DNA of 52,408 nucleotides, counting the filler, from Squatina squatina (Eukaryota), in assembly GCA_031763465.1 (NCBI GenBank). It is 2 parts of 2 records of this genome, joined end to end, with 100 filler letters (N's around TTAATTAATTAA, not from the genome) between each part and the next. Parts side by side here need not be neighbours in the genome. Positions count along the whole stretch, not along the records: positions 1 to 31,557 come from JARFOE010000004.1; 1 more part is not named here. One strand, 5' to 3'. Below, one piece after another: positions 11,635-22,560 of this stretch. Position numbers and translations under genes: made by a program. Under the pieces are notes generated by a model. The model was not told the origin of the DNA and did not search any database. It saw only the letters and a program-made list of their open reading frames with translations. The first letter of the stretch is position 1. Each line of letters starts with the position of its first letter.

Positions 11635-11709
11635 CAACAATGTTGAGATTCAAATAGGTGGCAATTTCATGGATATTCATGGCTCCCGTAATTGTACATT
11701 CATGAATCT
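11635..11709 (+). CDS. Candidate symmetric internal exon of an unidentified gene, with a RHIM-like peptide
   Basis: cttttaataatcttcag|C...CT|gtaagt; 75 bp, phase 2/2; only one open frame, xNNVEIQIGGNFMDIHGSRNCTFMNL. Confidence 0.5.
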
Positions 11710-12721
11710 GTAAGTATTTGAATCTTGTTGCAATATTAATAATCATGCATGTGTAGAATCTGAAATGGTAGCAAGGTTATTCCAAGACACACACAAAGCA
11801 CTCAATGAGGTCTGACAGATGTTCATTGAGAACGAGTTTCTGAAAAAAATCATAAATATTTCATGGACGTTGTATTCTTTTCAGTGGGGATCAGTTCAGG
11901 CTGTCGCTTTGTTCCAGTTTCCCCGTGAGCCATTCACTCGTACATCGATAGCCTGTTTTTTTTTTTAAACACGTTTTTTTTTTTATTCGTTCCTGGGATG
12001 TGGGCNNNNNNNNNNNNNNNNNNNNNNNNNNNNNNNNNNNNNNNNNNNNNNNNNNNNNNNNNNNNNNNNNNNNNNNNNNNNNNNNNNNNNNNNNNNNNNN
12101 NNNNNGTGACAGTAAATATTGATTTCTCATTGGTGCGCTAATCGGATTACATCTATGACCCAAGCTGCCAAGCCAGATTGCTGATTCCAGGCTTCATTTC
12201 TTTTACAAATAACCTGAACTTCAATGCTCTTGTTTCAACCAGGATGAAACAAAAGCTCCCCGCCCACCTGCCAACACCCTCAAGGAAGGGTCCTCAGCCA
12301 AATATCTTCAGTATCAATGGGCTTCCGTCCACCGTGAGGTCAGGAGTGGGGCTGTTCGCTGACAATTCAGCTCCATTCACAAATCCTCCGATAATGAAGC
12401 AGCGGGATCTGGATTACGGGTTGGTATAACACGCGGTAGATACTATTTACGCTGCTCAAGTGCCAGGTAATGACCATCAAGAGCAAGAAAAAGACCAAAC
12501 ATCTCCTGCTTGACTTTCAAAGACATCACCATGTCTTCCACCATCAATATCTTGCACAGTATTTACAGCACGAAAACAGGTCCAGCCCATTTAATCTTTT
12601 CTGATAGTTACACCCTCTCAGNNNNNNNNNNNNNNNNNNNNNNNNNNNNNNNNNNNNNNNNNNNNNNNNNNNNNNNNNNNNNNNNNNNNNNNNNNNNNNN
12701 NNNNNNNNNNNNNNNNNNNNN

Positions 12722-12870
12722 TCACATGGGACTATGATATAGTGGCAACAACAGAGACCTGGCTCAAAGAAGGGGAGGATTGGGAACTTAATATTCCTGG
12801 CTACAAAGTATTCAAGAAAGATAGGGGAGAAAGATAAAGGAGGGGGTGGCAGTATTGATCAAAGAAACTA
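12722..12870 (+). mobile_element. CR1 ORF2 APE-endonuclease fragment
   Basis: Translates to WDYDIVATTETWLKEGEDWELNIPGYKVFKKDR. Confidence 0.9.
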
Positions 12871-12985
12871 TGTGACTACACTTCAAAATTAGTTGTTAGG
12901 AACCTTGGAATGTCCCGAGGTCATGAAAAGCGGAATATAAATGCAAGTCTTTCTTACTTTGCCATCTTAGCATTTTAGAGCTCAC

Positions 12986-13398
12986 CTGTAGAAGTCGCTC
13001 TCCGGGTCACTGTGCCTCAACTGGAAAGGAAGCTTCGGGCTTTTGCTGTCCAAGGGCAGCAACTCCTCCGGGATGGGTGGCGAGATGGGTGCAGGCGGTA
13101 GAGCCTCGGCCTCCTCAGCCTTCACCCCGTCGGGTTGCGGCTGGCCCTGGGCCTGAGCGGCGGCGACGAGGCTCCGCAGCCGCCGGTTGTACTGCATCAG
13201 CTGGATGGTGTGGACGGTCAGGCCGCAGGACTCGGACGGCACGTCCAGCATGGTGGCGGGCCGGGGCCTGTCGGCCGAGGGCTGGTGCAGTGGCGGATCT
13301 TGGATTTCCACCGTCCGGAACTCCCGCTGCAGCAGGTCGAAAGAGCTCCGGCTGGGCTGAGCGGAGGACACCGGGATCTCGCCCCAGTACTTTATCAT
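12986..13398 (-). CDS. SUPT7L: SUPT7L (STAGA/SAGA complex 65 subunit gamma), N-terminal coding exon
   Basis: ATG at 13398; MIKYWGEIPVSSAQPSRSSFDLLQREFRTVEIQDPPLHQPSA...RHSDPESDFYR aligns along its length with human SUPT7L (YWGEIPISSSQTNRSSFDLLPREF...RHSDPESDFYR); phase-2 donor TAC AG|gtgag at 12986/12985. Confidence 0.97.
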
Positions 13399-13776
13399 CT
13401 TCACGCCCTCGGCTTCCAGTCAAATGGAGGTTTGTATGGAGAATGTCAAGAGAGATGTGCGAATTTAAATGAAACAAAGCCAAGGCTGTGGTGTGTGGGG
13501 TTAACTGCAGAAATTTGCTTTGACAGGACATGAACCCATTGCGTCTTTCATGGGACCGGTGAAAAACAATTGGTCAACAAACTGACAAGTCTTTTTCAAA
13601 GAAGTAGATAATGCGGGAGTAAAGGATCATTCTGCTGCATTGGCAGCTGCCTTGTGGCCTCTTCAAACTAGGTGCANNNNNNNNNNNNNNNNNNNNNNNN
13701 NNNNNNNNNNNNNNNNNNNNNNNNNNNNNNNNNNNNNNNNNNNNNNNNNNNNNNNNNNNNNNNNNNNNNNNNNNNN

Positions 13777-14042
13777 CATTTAAGACTGAGATGAGGAGGA
13801 ATTTCCTCACTGAGGGTTATGAATCTTTGAAATTCTCTACCCGAAAGGGTTGTGGATGCTCAGTCGCTGAGTATACTCAAGGCTGCGACAGATAGATTTT
13901 TGGACTCTCGGGGAATCTAGCGATATGGGGATTGGGCGGGAAAGTGGCGTTGAGGTTGAAGTTCAGTCATGATCTCATTGAATGGCGGAGCAGACTCGGA
14001 GGGCCATATAGACTACTTCTGCTCCTAATTCTTATGTTCTTA
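13777..14042 (+). mobile_element. CR1 LINE 3' end
   Basis: tttaagactgagatgaggaggaatttc... ending gctcctaattcttatgttct. Confidence 0.85.
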
Positions 14043-14131
14043 GCTCCCAATTTGTTGCTTGCCTGTTTTCATTGGTACTTCTGAAGTGCGAGCTGTAGTG
14101 TTAAACTAATTGTTAATCTCTTATTGTTTAG

Positions 14132-14271
14132 GTTACCAGTGGATGATGCGCTCGGAAGAGAGCTTGTTGCAGAGGTGACACATACTGGCAAAAAGAAAGA
14201 AGCCATGGTTCAATGTTCACTGCAGGCCTGCAGGATACTGGATGCCAGAGGGGTTCTGCGCCTGGAAGCAG
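14132..14271 (+). CDS. SLC4A1AP: Kanadaptin (SLC4A1AP) internal exon
   Basis: ctcttattgtttag|G...GCA G|gttagt; 140 bp, phase 2/1; [46 protein letters not shown] versus human [46 protein letters not shown]. Confidence 0.95.
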
Positions 14272-14849
14272 GTTAGTACCACCCATGTCGTTCTCTCCTA
14301 TTCTGTTTCTAGTGAGAGGTCTTGTTTTAAAATGATCTAAAATAAATACTATGAACAAGGAATTAAGAATTACAATCTGTGGTCTCAATTGGCACACTTT
14401 GGGGCTTCCTTTGTCTGTGGGGAATGCATCACGATCTTTCCTTGCCACCTGAGAGCTACTCTGGAGAGGAGGTGGGCAGGGTCTCTTCCGGTGCACTGGT
14501 GGTGCCCTCGAAGGAGTTCAGTTGTTGGATGGTTCCTCTCCAAATCGAGGAGGAAGCCTCAAGGGGAGCAATCAGTCAGGCCAGAGACCAAGAGGGAAAG
14601 CGTGTCGAAATGAAATCTGCTGGCCGCCTTAACTGCTTGATTTATCTCAAAAGTAGGCAACATTTCAGATTCAATTAGGACTGAATGAATTGCCAAAGGG
14701 GCACCCATAAAATGAATTGAAACAGAATTGAGGTGGATTATGTACAAGTTATTAGGGCAGCCATCGTTGCCAACATAGCTAAAGGATTTTAACCAGTCTT
14801 AATCCTTGTATTGATTTAGTAATCAGGGTTCAATATTAATGCTCAAAAA

Positions 14850-15240
14850 CATGGAATTTTACAGTACAGATGGAGGCCATTATACCCATCGTGTCTGTGC
14901 CAGCTCGAGCAATTCAAAACTAGTCCCACTGCTCTTTCCCATAGCCCTGTTTCTTCCTTTGTTCCAAGTATTTATCCACTTTTCCCTTTAATGGTTTCTG
15001 CTTTGTTTACTCCCTGTGACAAAGCAATCCATACTCCAACAACACACTTCATAAATACATTTCTTCCAACTCCTTTTCTCACTCACTTAGTGATCATTTT
15101 AAATTGATGGTGCCTTGTCACTGACTTCCCAATCAGAGGAAGCAGTCTTTCCCAATTCACTGTCAAGCCTTCATAACTTCTAAAATCTCTAATTAAATTT
15201 CCTCTTGGCGCTCTCTGCTCCAGTCAAAACACTCTTGTGT
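14850..15240 (-). mobile_element. Degraded CR1 LINE 3' end
   Basis: Begins catggaattttacagtacagatggaggccatt.., the reverse complement of the CR1 tail. Confidence 0.75.
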
Positions 15241-17833
15241 NNNNNNNNNNNNNNNNNNNNNNNNNNNNNNNNNNNNNNNNNNNNNNNNNNNNNNNNNNNN
15301 NNNNNNNNNNNNNNNNNNNNNNNNNNNNNNNNNNNNNNNNNNNNNNNNNNNNNNNNNNNNNNNNNNNNNNNNNNNNNNNNNNNNNNNNNNNNNNNNNNNN
15401 NNNNNNNNNNNNNNNNNNNNNNNNNNNNNNNNNNNNNNNNNNNNNNNNNNNNNNNNNNNNNNNNNNNNNNNNNNNNNNNNNNNNNNNNNNNNNNNNNNNN
15501 NNNNNNNNNNNNNNNNNNNNNNNNNNNNNNNNNNNNNNNNNNNNNNNNNNNNNNNNNNNNNNNNNNNNNNNNNNNNNNNNNNNNNNNNNNNNNNNNNNNN
15601 NNNNNNNNNNNNNNNNNNNNNNNNNNNNNNNNNNNNNNNNNNNNNNNNNNNNNNNNNNNNNNNNNNNNNNNNNNNNNNNNNNNNNNNNNNNNNNNNNNNN
15701 NNNNNNNNNNNNNNNNNNNNNNNNNNNNNNNNNNNNNNNNNNNNNNNNNNNNNNNNNNNNNNNNNNNNNNNNNNNNNNNNNNNNNNNNNNNNNNNNNNNN
15801 NNNNNNNNNNNNNNNNNNNNNNNNNNNNNNNNNNNNNNNNNNNNNNNNNNNNNNNNNNNNNNNNNNNNNNNNNNNNNNNNNNNNNNNNNNNNNNNNNNNN
15901 NNNNNNNNTTTGGACAAGCAGTAAATAATTTATTGGGGTTGTCTGTCTCGGTAGCGTAATGGGACTGAAGTTTGATCTTGGGAGCATCACAACATTCTTT
16001 GCTTCTCTTCCTAAAGTTGAAGCAGCAGTAGTGGTTTGCTTTAAAGAGGCTTCAAGTTACAACTGGATCCCTTCATTTGTGTGCAGCCCACGTAAACGTC
16101 CCTTTGCTTACAGCGGTTTTAAATATTTGAAGACTTATCTTGCACACTGCTTCTCTTGGATCGTTTGTCAGTCAACCAGAATGTTTTTCTTTGGGAAGGA
16201 GGAAGGAGTTCAAATGAGCTGAATACATAAGTCTGGATACTGCTACCTTGTGCAGCTGAATAAAAGCGACTATTCTCTTGTTTCAGTACTTGGATCTAGC
16301 TGTATCACTGGACAGACAGTAAATTACGTCTGTGTGTGTGTTTGTGGTTTAAAACTTGAATGCACAGAGCAGTAATTTATTCTGCTGGTGCAGTGGACAC
16401 AGACTATTAAACACGTTTGTGTTCAACAGTCTCTTTACCTGCACCATTTATTCTGGTGCCAACACAAATGAATCTTATTTATGTAACACATCACGCTGGC
16501 TCTTGTTTCCCTTTTGTTTAGCTGTGGCTTGAGATAAAAATTTAGGAGACAGCATGAGAAAAACTTGGACTGAGCGAAACGCTAGTGGACGAAATGAGTG
16601 AGTCACGATTCAGATGGTTTGTGCATGTAAATGGAATGGTGAAAACAGTATGCGTTCCCAGGTAGAGACATCAAGACCAAGACAAAGACCANNNNNNNNN
16701 NNNNNNNNNNNNNNNNNNNNNNNNNNNNNNNNNNNNNNNNNNNNNNNNNNNNNNNNNNNNNNNNNNNNNNNNNNNNNNNNNNNNNNNNNNNTAAATGTGT
16801 CCTGACTTTGCGGCTAAACTTAACACTTGATGCAGCACTAAGCCTTACAGAGTACAGGGGGCAAAAATCTGTGCTGAGTTAGCTGATCTCGGTCAGCTTA
16901 TCACTTGGGGCTCTACAAATCAGCCGCGATTTCTTTGGGAAAGTGCGTACATGTCGGGAGATAGTATTATGAGGCCTGGCTGTGATGCTCTGCATGAACA
17001 AGTAGTCTGCTGACACTCATTGTTACGGCTCACATGTGAAAATTGGCTACTTCGGTAAGGCAGTAGGAAGTTCACATAGAGAGAACAGGGGTCAGGGAGA
17101 GATAGACTGTGTACTACCTGAGGTAAATTATCTACTGGGAAACATGCCTAGTAATAACCTGCCAACAGGCTATTAGAAAGAGCTGAAATGTGTTCTTTTA
17201 CATAGTTTCAACTCAGAAGTCCTATACACTGCCAACACTGGCAGCAGCATTTAATTTGTAAGGAAACAATTGATTTCTTTTATTATTGAAATGAGGGAGC
17301 GTGCCTCCTTTAAAAGCCATATGGAAAAATGTGTAAAGGCTTCCAGTGGGGATGGAGCAGACTTGCATTTGCATTTTTACGTGACCTGATTAAGGTTCTG
17401 CAATGGGCCACAAAACTCATTTTGACGAACTGCCTCTACTATAAAATTCTGCATTGTGCATCTCAATGAAATGTAGATTAAGTTCCAAATGTAGTCTCTC
17501 ACAGAGCAAGAAACTCCCAGGTTCAAATCTGCCCTTGGTTGTGCTTTCTAGAGGTTGCCATGCATCTTTGTATTGATTGAGTCTCCGGTCGATTTGTTAC
17601 CTAAGCTCCTCTTATAGCCAGGAACTGCATGGTGATAAATCTCAATACCAAATCCTCTCTCTCTCTCTATCCTTCCACGATCAGTGGATGAATGGCATGA
17701 TGGGCAGTGTCTCCTGCTGGAGAAATGTTACACNNNNNNNNNNNNNNNNNNNNNNNNNNNNNNNNNNNNNNNNNNNNNNNNNNNNNNNNNNNNNNNNNNN
17801 NNNNNNNNNNNNNNNNNNNNNNNNNNNNNNNNN

Positions 17834-17990
17834 ATCTACTGGTTCCCCTCTATCCAATCTGAGACTTCCTCAAAAAACTCTAATAAATTTGTCAGGAATG
17901 ATTTCCCCTTCATGAATCCATGCTGACTCTGCGTGATTATTTTGTGATTTTCCAAATGAGCTGCTATTACTTCTTTAATAATTGATTTTC
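17834..17990 (-). mobile_element. CR1 reverse transcriptase fragment
   Basis: Reverse complement encodes SQHGFMKGKSFLTNLLEFFEEV. Confidence 0.85.
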
Positions 17991-19384
17991 AATGGGAGAT
18001 TATTTTGAATGGGCCTTGCAGTCCATTAATGGGAGCACGCACACAAAAAAAATTAGGGGGAACATTGCATTCAGCCCTCGAGCCTGTTCCACCATTCAGT
18101 GAGATTGTGGCTGATCTGAACCTCAACTATGAGATCTGTACCTCAACTCCATCTACCCAACTGCGCCATAACACTTGATACCCATATCTGTCACAACTAA
18201 AAACATGTTGCAGTTGATAATGCAAAGTGCATCTTTTTTAACAAGGTGGCCTTGATAGTACGGTTCCTTCAGCAAACCTTCCAATATTGTTTTACACCAG
18301 CCTACTCACAGCTTTCCCTCTTTCTTCCTGCAGCAGTGATTTAAAGATGAGTGCCCCTGCGAAAACAATTTGGATCGCTATATGTTTAAGAATTTAAAAA
18401 TCCCCATAGGCTGCCCTGATTGTAAAATGAGATATTTATGCAGCATGACAAGAGGGTTGATTATTTAACAGAAAAATCTATCATCTGAATTATTTATGGC
18501 TAAAGAGGTAGTAAACCTTTAGGTGCAATAATGATTTTTTTTAGCTGCAGAGCTTTAAATTACTTATGAGACTGGAGAACACACAAAGCCACAGGCTAAG
18601 ATAAGTTGTGGTCTGTGTGTGTCTGATAGTCACTGTTGGGATCTTGCTGTGGCTACTAATTAGTCCCTATTTTTCCTCTAGATGAGCGGTTAGCTAGATA
18701 TTCCCAGCAGGACTAAAGGATTTACAAGTTTGATCTTGGTTAGGTAAATTGAAGNNNNNNNNNNNNNNNNNNNNNNNNNNNNNNNNNNNNNNNNNNNNNN
18801 NNNNNNNNNNNNNNNNNNNNNNNNNNNNNNNNNNNNNNNNNNNNNNNNNNNNNNTTCAAAATAATTGACTGTTAAATGTTTTGGGATGCCTGAGGGTGTG
18901 ATGAGGTGCTTTATTAAAATGTAAATTCTTGCCGCCTTTTCCAAGTTTGTGCTGTGACTAGAGATCTGTCTGAGTTATATTGAAAATAGCTGAAGTGGTT
19001 ACAGATCTGTCACTCGTGGTGAGAATAATTTGTGCTGATAAATATACCTAGTGACAGCATTCATTAACTAACGCAAGAAGTACCTGACTTCAAACTAATA
19101 GGGACATTTTATGCCAGCATTGAAAACAAGAAACATGCAGAGGGAACAATTATATCTTGATCTTAATGTCTAGACGACTGCATAGCTCCGATAGCTGATT
19201 GCATTGATTGAATTTGCATTTCTATCCCCGTGTGACTGTTTACATTTAATTTGCATATTGAGCATTAAATCTGTTAAAAGTTGGGCACAGTGAATGACAC
19301 AAGGGGGCAATACTCCTAGAATACCTAACAACCAGCAGAATAGGTGGAGGCAGTTTCTCCCCAGGCAAAGTGTACACTTTCTGA

Positions 19385-19660
19385 ATCAAATTGTGGTTCA
19401 ATCCCCAGTCTGTGCTGAATTAGCCAATTTCAGCTAGGGTGCTACATATGGCCCAAACACTCCCAAAATTTGGGGAGGGGAAGGGTAGGGATACTCACCT
19501 GTGCCTCCCAGTGTTAATCCCTCCCTGTAGCTCCTGTGGAAATGTGAATGTGTGGACATCAGTGGAGAACAGGATCAGGCTTGGCAATGCTGTGCTTCTC
19601 TGTAATTGAAAACCTCACTGTCCAGGCTCACAGATGGCTACTTGCATGTGGTATCTGAGA
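19385..19660 (+). mobile_element. Old unclassified tRNA-derived SINE
   Basis: B-box-like ggttcaatcccc followed by tctgtgctga.ttagc; a related diverged copy lies at about 16865-17060. Confidence 0.5.
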
Positions 19661-20473
19661 ATTCTGCCTTCAGAAGGGAATGGGAGAAAATGTCTCAGCC
19701 GAGAAGCTTGTGCCACAGAGACTAGAAAAGTGAAGAAAAAATAAGGGCAAGACTTTATAAAGGATCAAAAATTTATCAAGAGTTTACATTTGAACTTTTG
19801 CTTGCTAAGAAAGAAGCAAGAATTTAAATTTACAGACATATATCAAACAACTTAGTTTTGAAGTGCAGTCACTGCCATAATGTAGGCAAACGTGGCTGTC
19901 AATCTGCACACAGCAAAGTCCCACAAATAGCCATTGAGAGAAATGACCAGTTAATCTGTTTTTGATGTGGCAGTTGAGGGAGAAATGTTGGTCAGAACAC
20001 AAAACTCCCTGCTCTTCTTCAAATACTGCCTTGTGATCTTGTATAATCACCTCAACAGTCAGATGTGGCCTCGGTTTACTGCCACATCGAAAAGAATGCA
20101 CCCCAGGGTGCAGCACACTGTCAGTAGCCGATACTGTGTGTTCAAGTCCTGGAATTGGGGCTTGAGCTCACAACCTTCTGACTCAGAGGTCCAAGTGCTA
20201 ACAACTGAGCCAAGCTGAACATTTTCAGTTTTAGAATTGTTGTATTTGACCAGAAGTTAAGATCATTATTGAAAAAAATATGACCCAAATCAAAGTCACA
20301 AATGCCATCATCTAACTGTGACCATAGTGCTCTGTCCTACCTTTTCTGTCTCAGTTCTCTGAACCTTAGACATNNNNNNNNNNNNNNNNNNNNNNNNNNN
20401 NNNNNNNNNNNNNNNNNNNNNNNNNNNNNNNNNNNNNNNNNNNNNNNNNNNNNNNNNNNNNNNNNNNNNNNNN

Positions 20474-20710
20474 CAGAGGTTAAAATCGAGACGTGCAGTA
20501 GGCCAGAATTGGAGGAGCGACAGTATCAGGGAGGGAATTGAAAACAATGATGAGAATTTTAAAATTGAGGCGTTGCCAGATCAGGTGCCAATGTAGGTCA
20601 GCAAGTATGAGGTAATGGGTGAACAGGACTTGGTGAGTGTTAGGATGAGCTGTGTACAACAACAACCTGTATTTATATAGCGCCTTTAATGTAGTAAAAC
20701 ATCCCAAGTG
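20474..20710 (-). mobile_element. L2 LINE 3' fragment
   Basis: Reverse strand gives LILADLHWHLIWQRLNFKIL (L2 ORF2 LHWL..R..FK motif) plus a (gtt)n tail. Confidence 0.8.
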
Positions 20711-21248
20711 TTATAAGACAGAAAAATTGACATAGGGTGGAAGATGTGAGGGCGGCCAGGGGAGCATTGGAAAAGTCAAGTCTGGAGGGAACTGAAGACA
20801 GCAGTTAGGCTGAGGCAGGGCGGAGTCGGGCGATGTTAGTTGTAAAACCCATCTACCATGCCTTCCCCGTCTGGTCTACATATATTACTGCGGCCCCACA
20901 CTACATAGTTGACTCTGAAATGGCTCACCGCCATCATCATCTCAGGGAAACTAGCAATTACATGCAGCCTGTTCTCATTTATCTCCATAACAGATATATG
21001 TTTAAAAAAAGAAACCGATGGAAATTCACATCCGCATTTTAAAAGTCAAACTAGCAGGTTAACATTTCTGATGGGGAAGGTTCCTGATCCAAAACATCAA
21101 ACTCTTCCCTATTTGTAGCATTTCTATTTTGTCATCAGATTTCCAGTGCTGGCAGTATTTTTTTTGTTTTATGTTGTGTGTAACGGATGCTGATTACTTG
21201 ACTTTGCCTCCAATTATTTCTGTTTATTTAATATTTCTCTTCCCACAG

Positions 21249-21321
21249 CCACCTCAGCAACTCTCATCAGAGCACTACCCAAACAACGATCCTGACTACT
21301 GTGTGTGGATGCCCCCTACAG
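21249..21321 (+). CDS. SLC4A1AP: Kanadaptin (SLC4A1AP) near-terminal exon
   Basis: tttctcttcccacag|CCA...ACA G|gtacat; 73 bp, phase 0/1; PPQQLSSEHYPNNDPDYCVWMPPT(G) versus human ..SSKYPEDDPDYCVWVPPEG. Confidence 0.93.
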
Positions 21322-22169
21322 GTACATCTCCGCAACTGTACGGAAGACTTTGACTTTATGGAGAGATGAGCTACATTGGGGCAGAATTTGCTGAAAAAAA
21401 TNNNNNNNNNNNNNNNNNNNNNNNNNNNNNNNNNNNNNNNNNNNNNNNNNNNNNNNNNNNNNNNNNNNNNNNNNNNNNNNNNNNNNNNNNNNNNNNNNNN
21501 NCCCATCAATCCAGGATGGATTCAAACATACATACCATAACTGTGAAGACAATTGGCTAACCCACTGTTCATGCAGTCTTCTCTCCAAACTCCTTCTCCA
21601 TTACCATTCCCAAAAGTCTTCCCTAAGCATCCACTTCCAACAGGGAAGCATTTATTTAAGAGGCTCTTTGGGGGCTTTACAGTAATTAATGTAGCTGAAA
21701 TCTCTGAGTTACAATGAGTTTACAAATGCAATAAGAAATGTGTTCCATGCTTAAATTTTTCTCCCATGGGAAAAAGTAGGCTGGAATAGGGTGTGATTAA
21801 AGGAACCAAAACCATCATGAAAATTCAGCACATGGTAATCAATATATATGGTGTATAGAGGCTCTCTAATACCAGAACCTCCTCTCCCACAAAGCCCATA
21901 AAATCCAGGCCCTAATAAAATCAATATGAGAACATATTTTATTATTTAATTTATTCTCTCTTGCCAACTCTACTAACTGCCCTCAGCTGTGGTTAGGCTC
22001 TGCTGCAGTCATTTCTTTCACAACTTCATGATTTGAACAGCATTCAATACTGTACAACAATTGTTATTTTTTCCATAGCCTCGAACCCACCACTCGCCAA
22101 TGCAATCTCTCTCTGATGTTGACTCTACTCATATATGTCAATCTAGAAAACTGTCAGAAGTCAACCTCT

Positions 22170-22560
22170 AAAGAAAGAAAGACTTGCACTTTAAATGGCG
22201 CCTTTCACAATCTCAGGATGTCCTAAAGCACTTTACAGCCAACAAAGCACTTTTTTGAAGTGTTGTCATTGTAATGTAGGAAATGTGGCAGCCAAATCAA
22301 GCACAGCAAGGTCCCGCAAACAACAATGTGATAGTGACCAAATCATCTGTTTTTACTGGTGTCGGTCGAGGGATAAGTCTTGGCCAGGACTCCGGGGAAA
22401 ACTCTTCTACTCTTCTTTGAAATAGTGCCACGTGATCTTTTATGTTCACCTGAGAGGGCAGATAGGGGCTGGGTTTAACCTCATTGGAAAGACGATATCT
22501 CCAAGAGTCAGCCTAGATTTCGTGCTTAAGTCTCTGGAGTGGGACTTGAACTCACAACTT
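22170..22560 (-). mobile_element. DeuSINE-superfamily SINE, long copy
   Basis: Same family as 4073-4275, extending toward the tRNA-like head (gggacttgaactcacaac on the plus strand). Confidence 0.75.

Noticed and set aside
13077-13533. Three additional 130+ aa ORFs overlapping SUPT7L
   Set aside because: Expected by-product of very high GC content in the real coding exon; no recognisable protein.
15189-15990. Long ORFs consisting mostly of X
   Set aside because: They simply span the 668-N gap; the same applies to other X-containing ORFs in the track.
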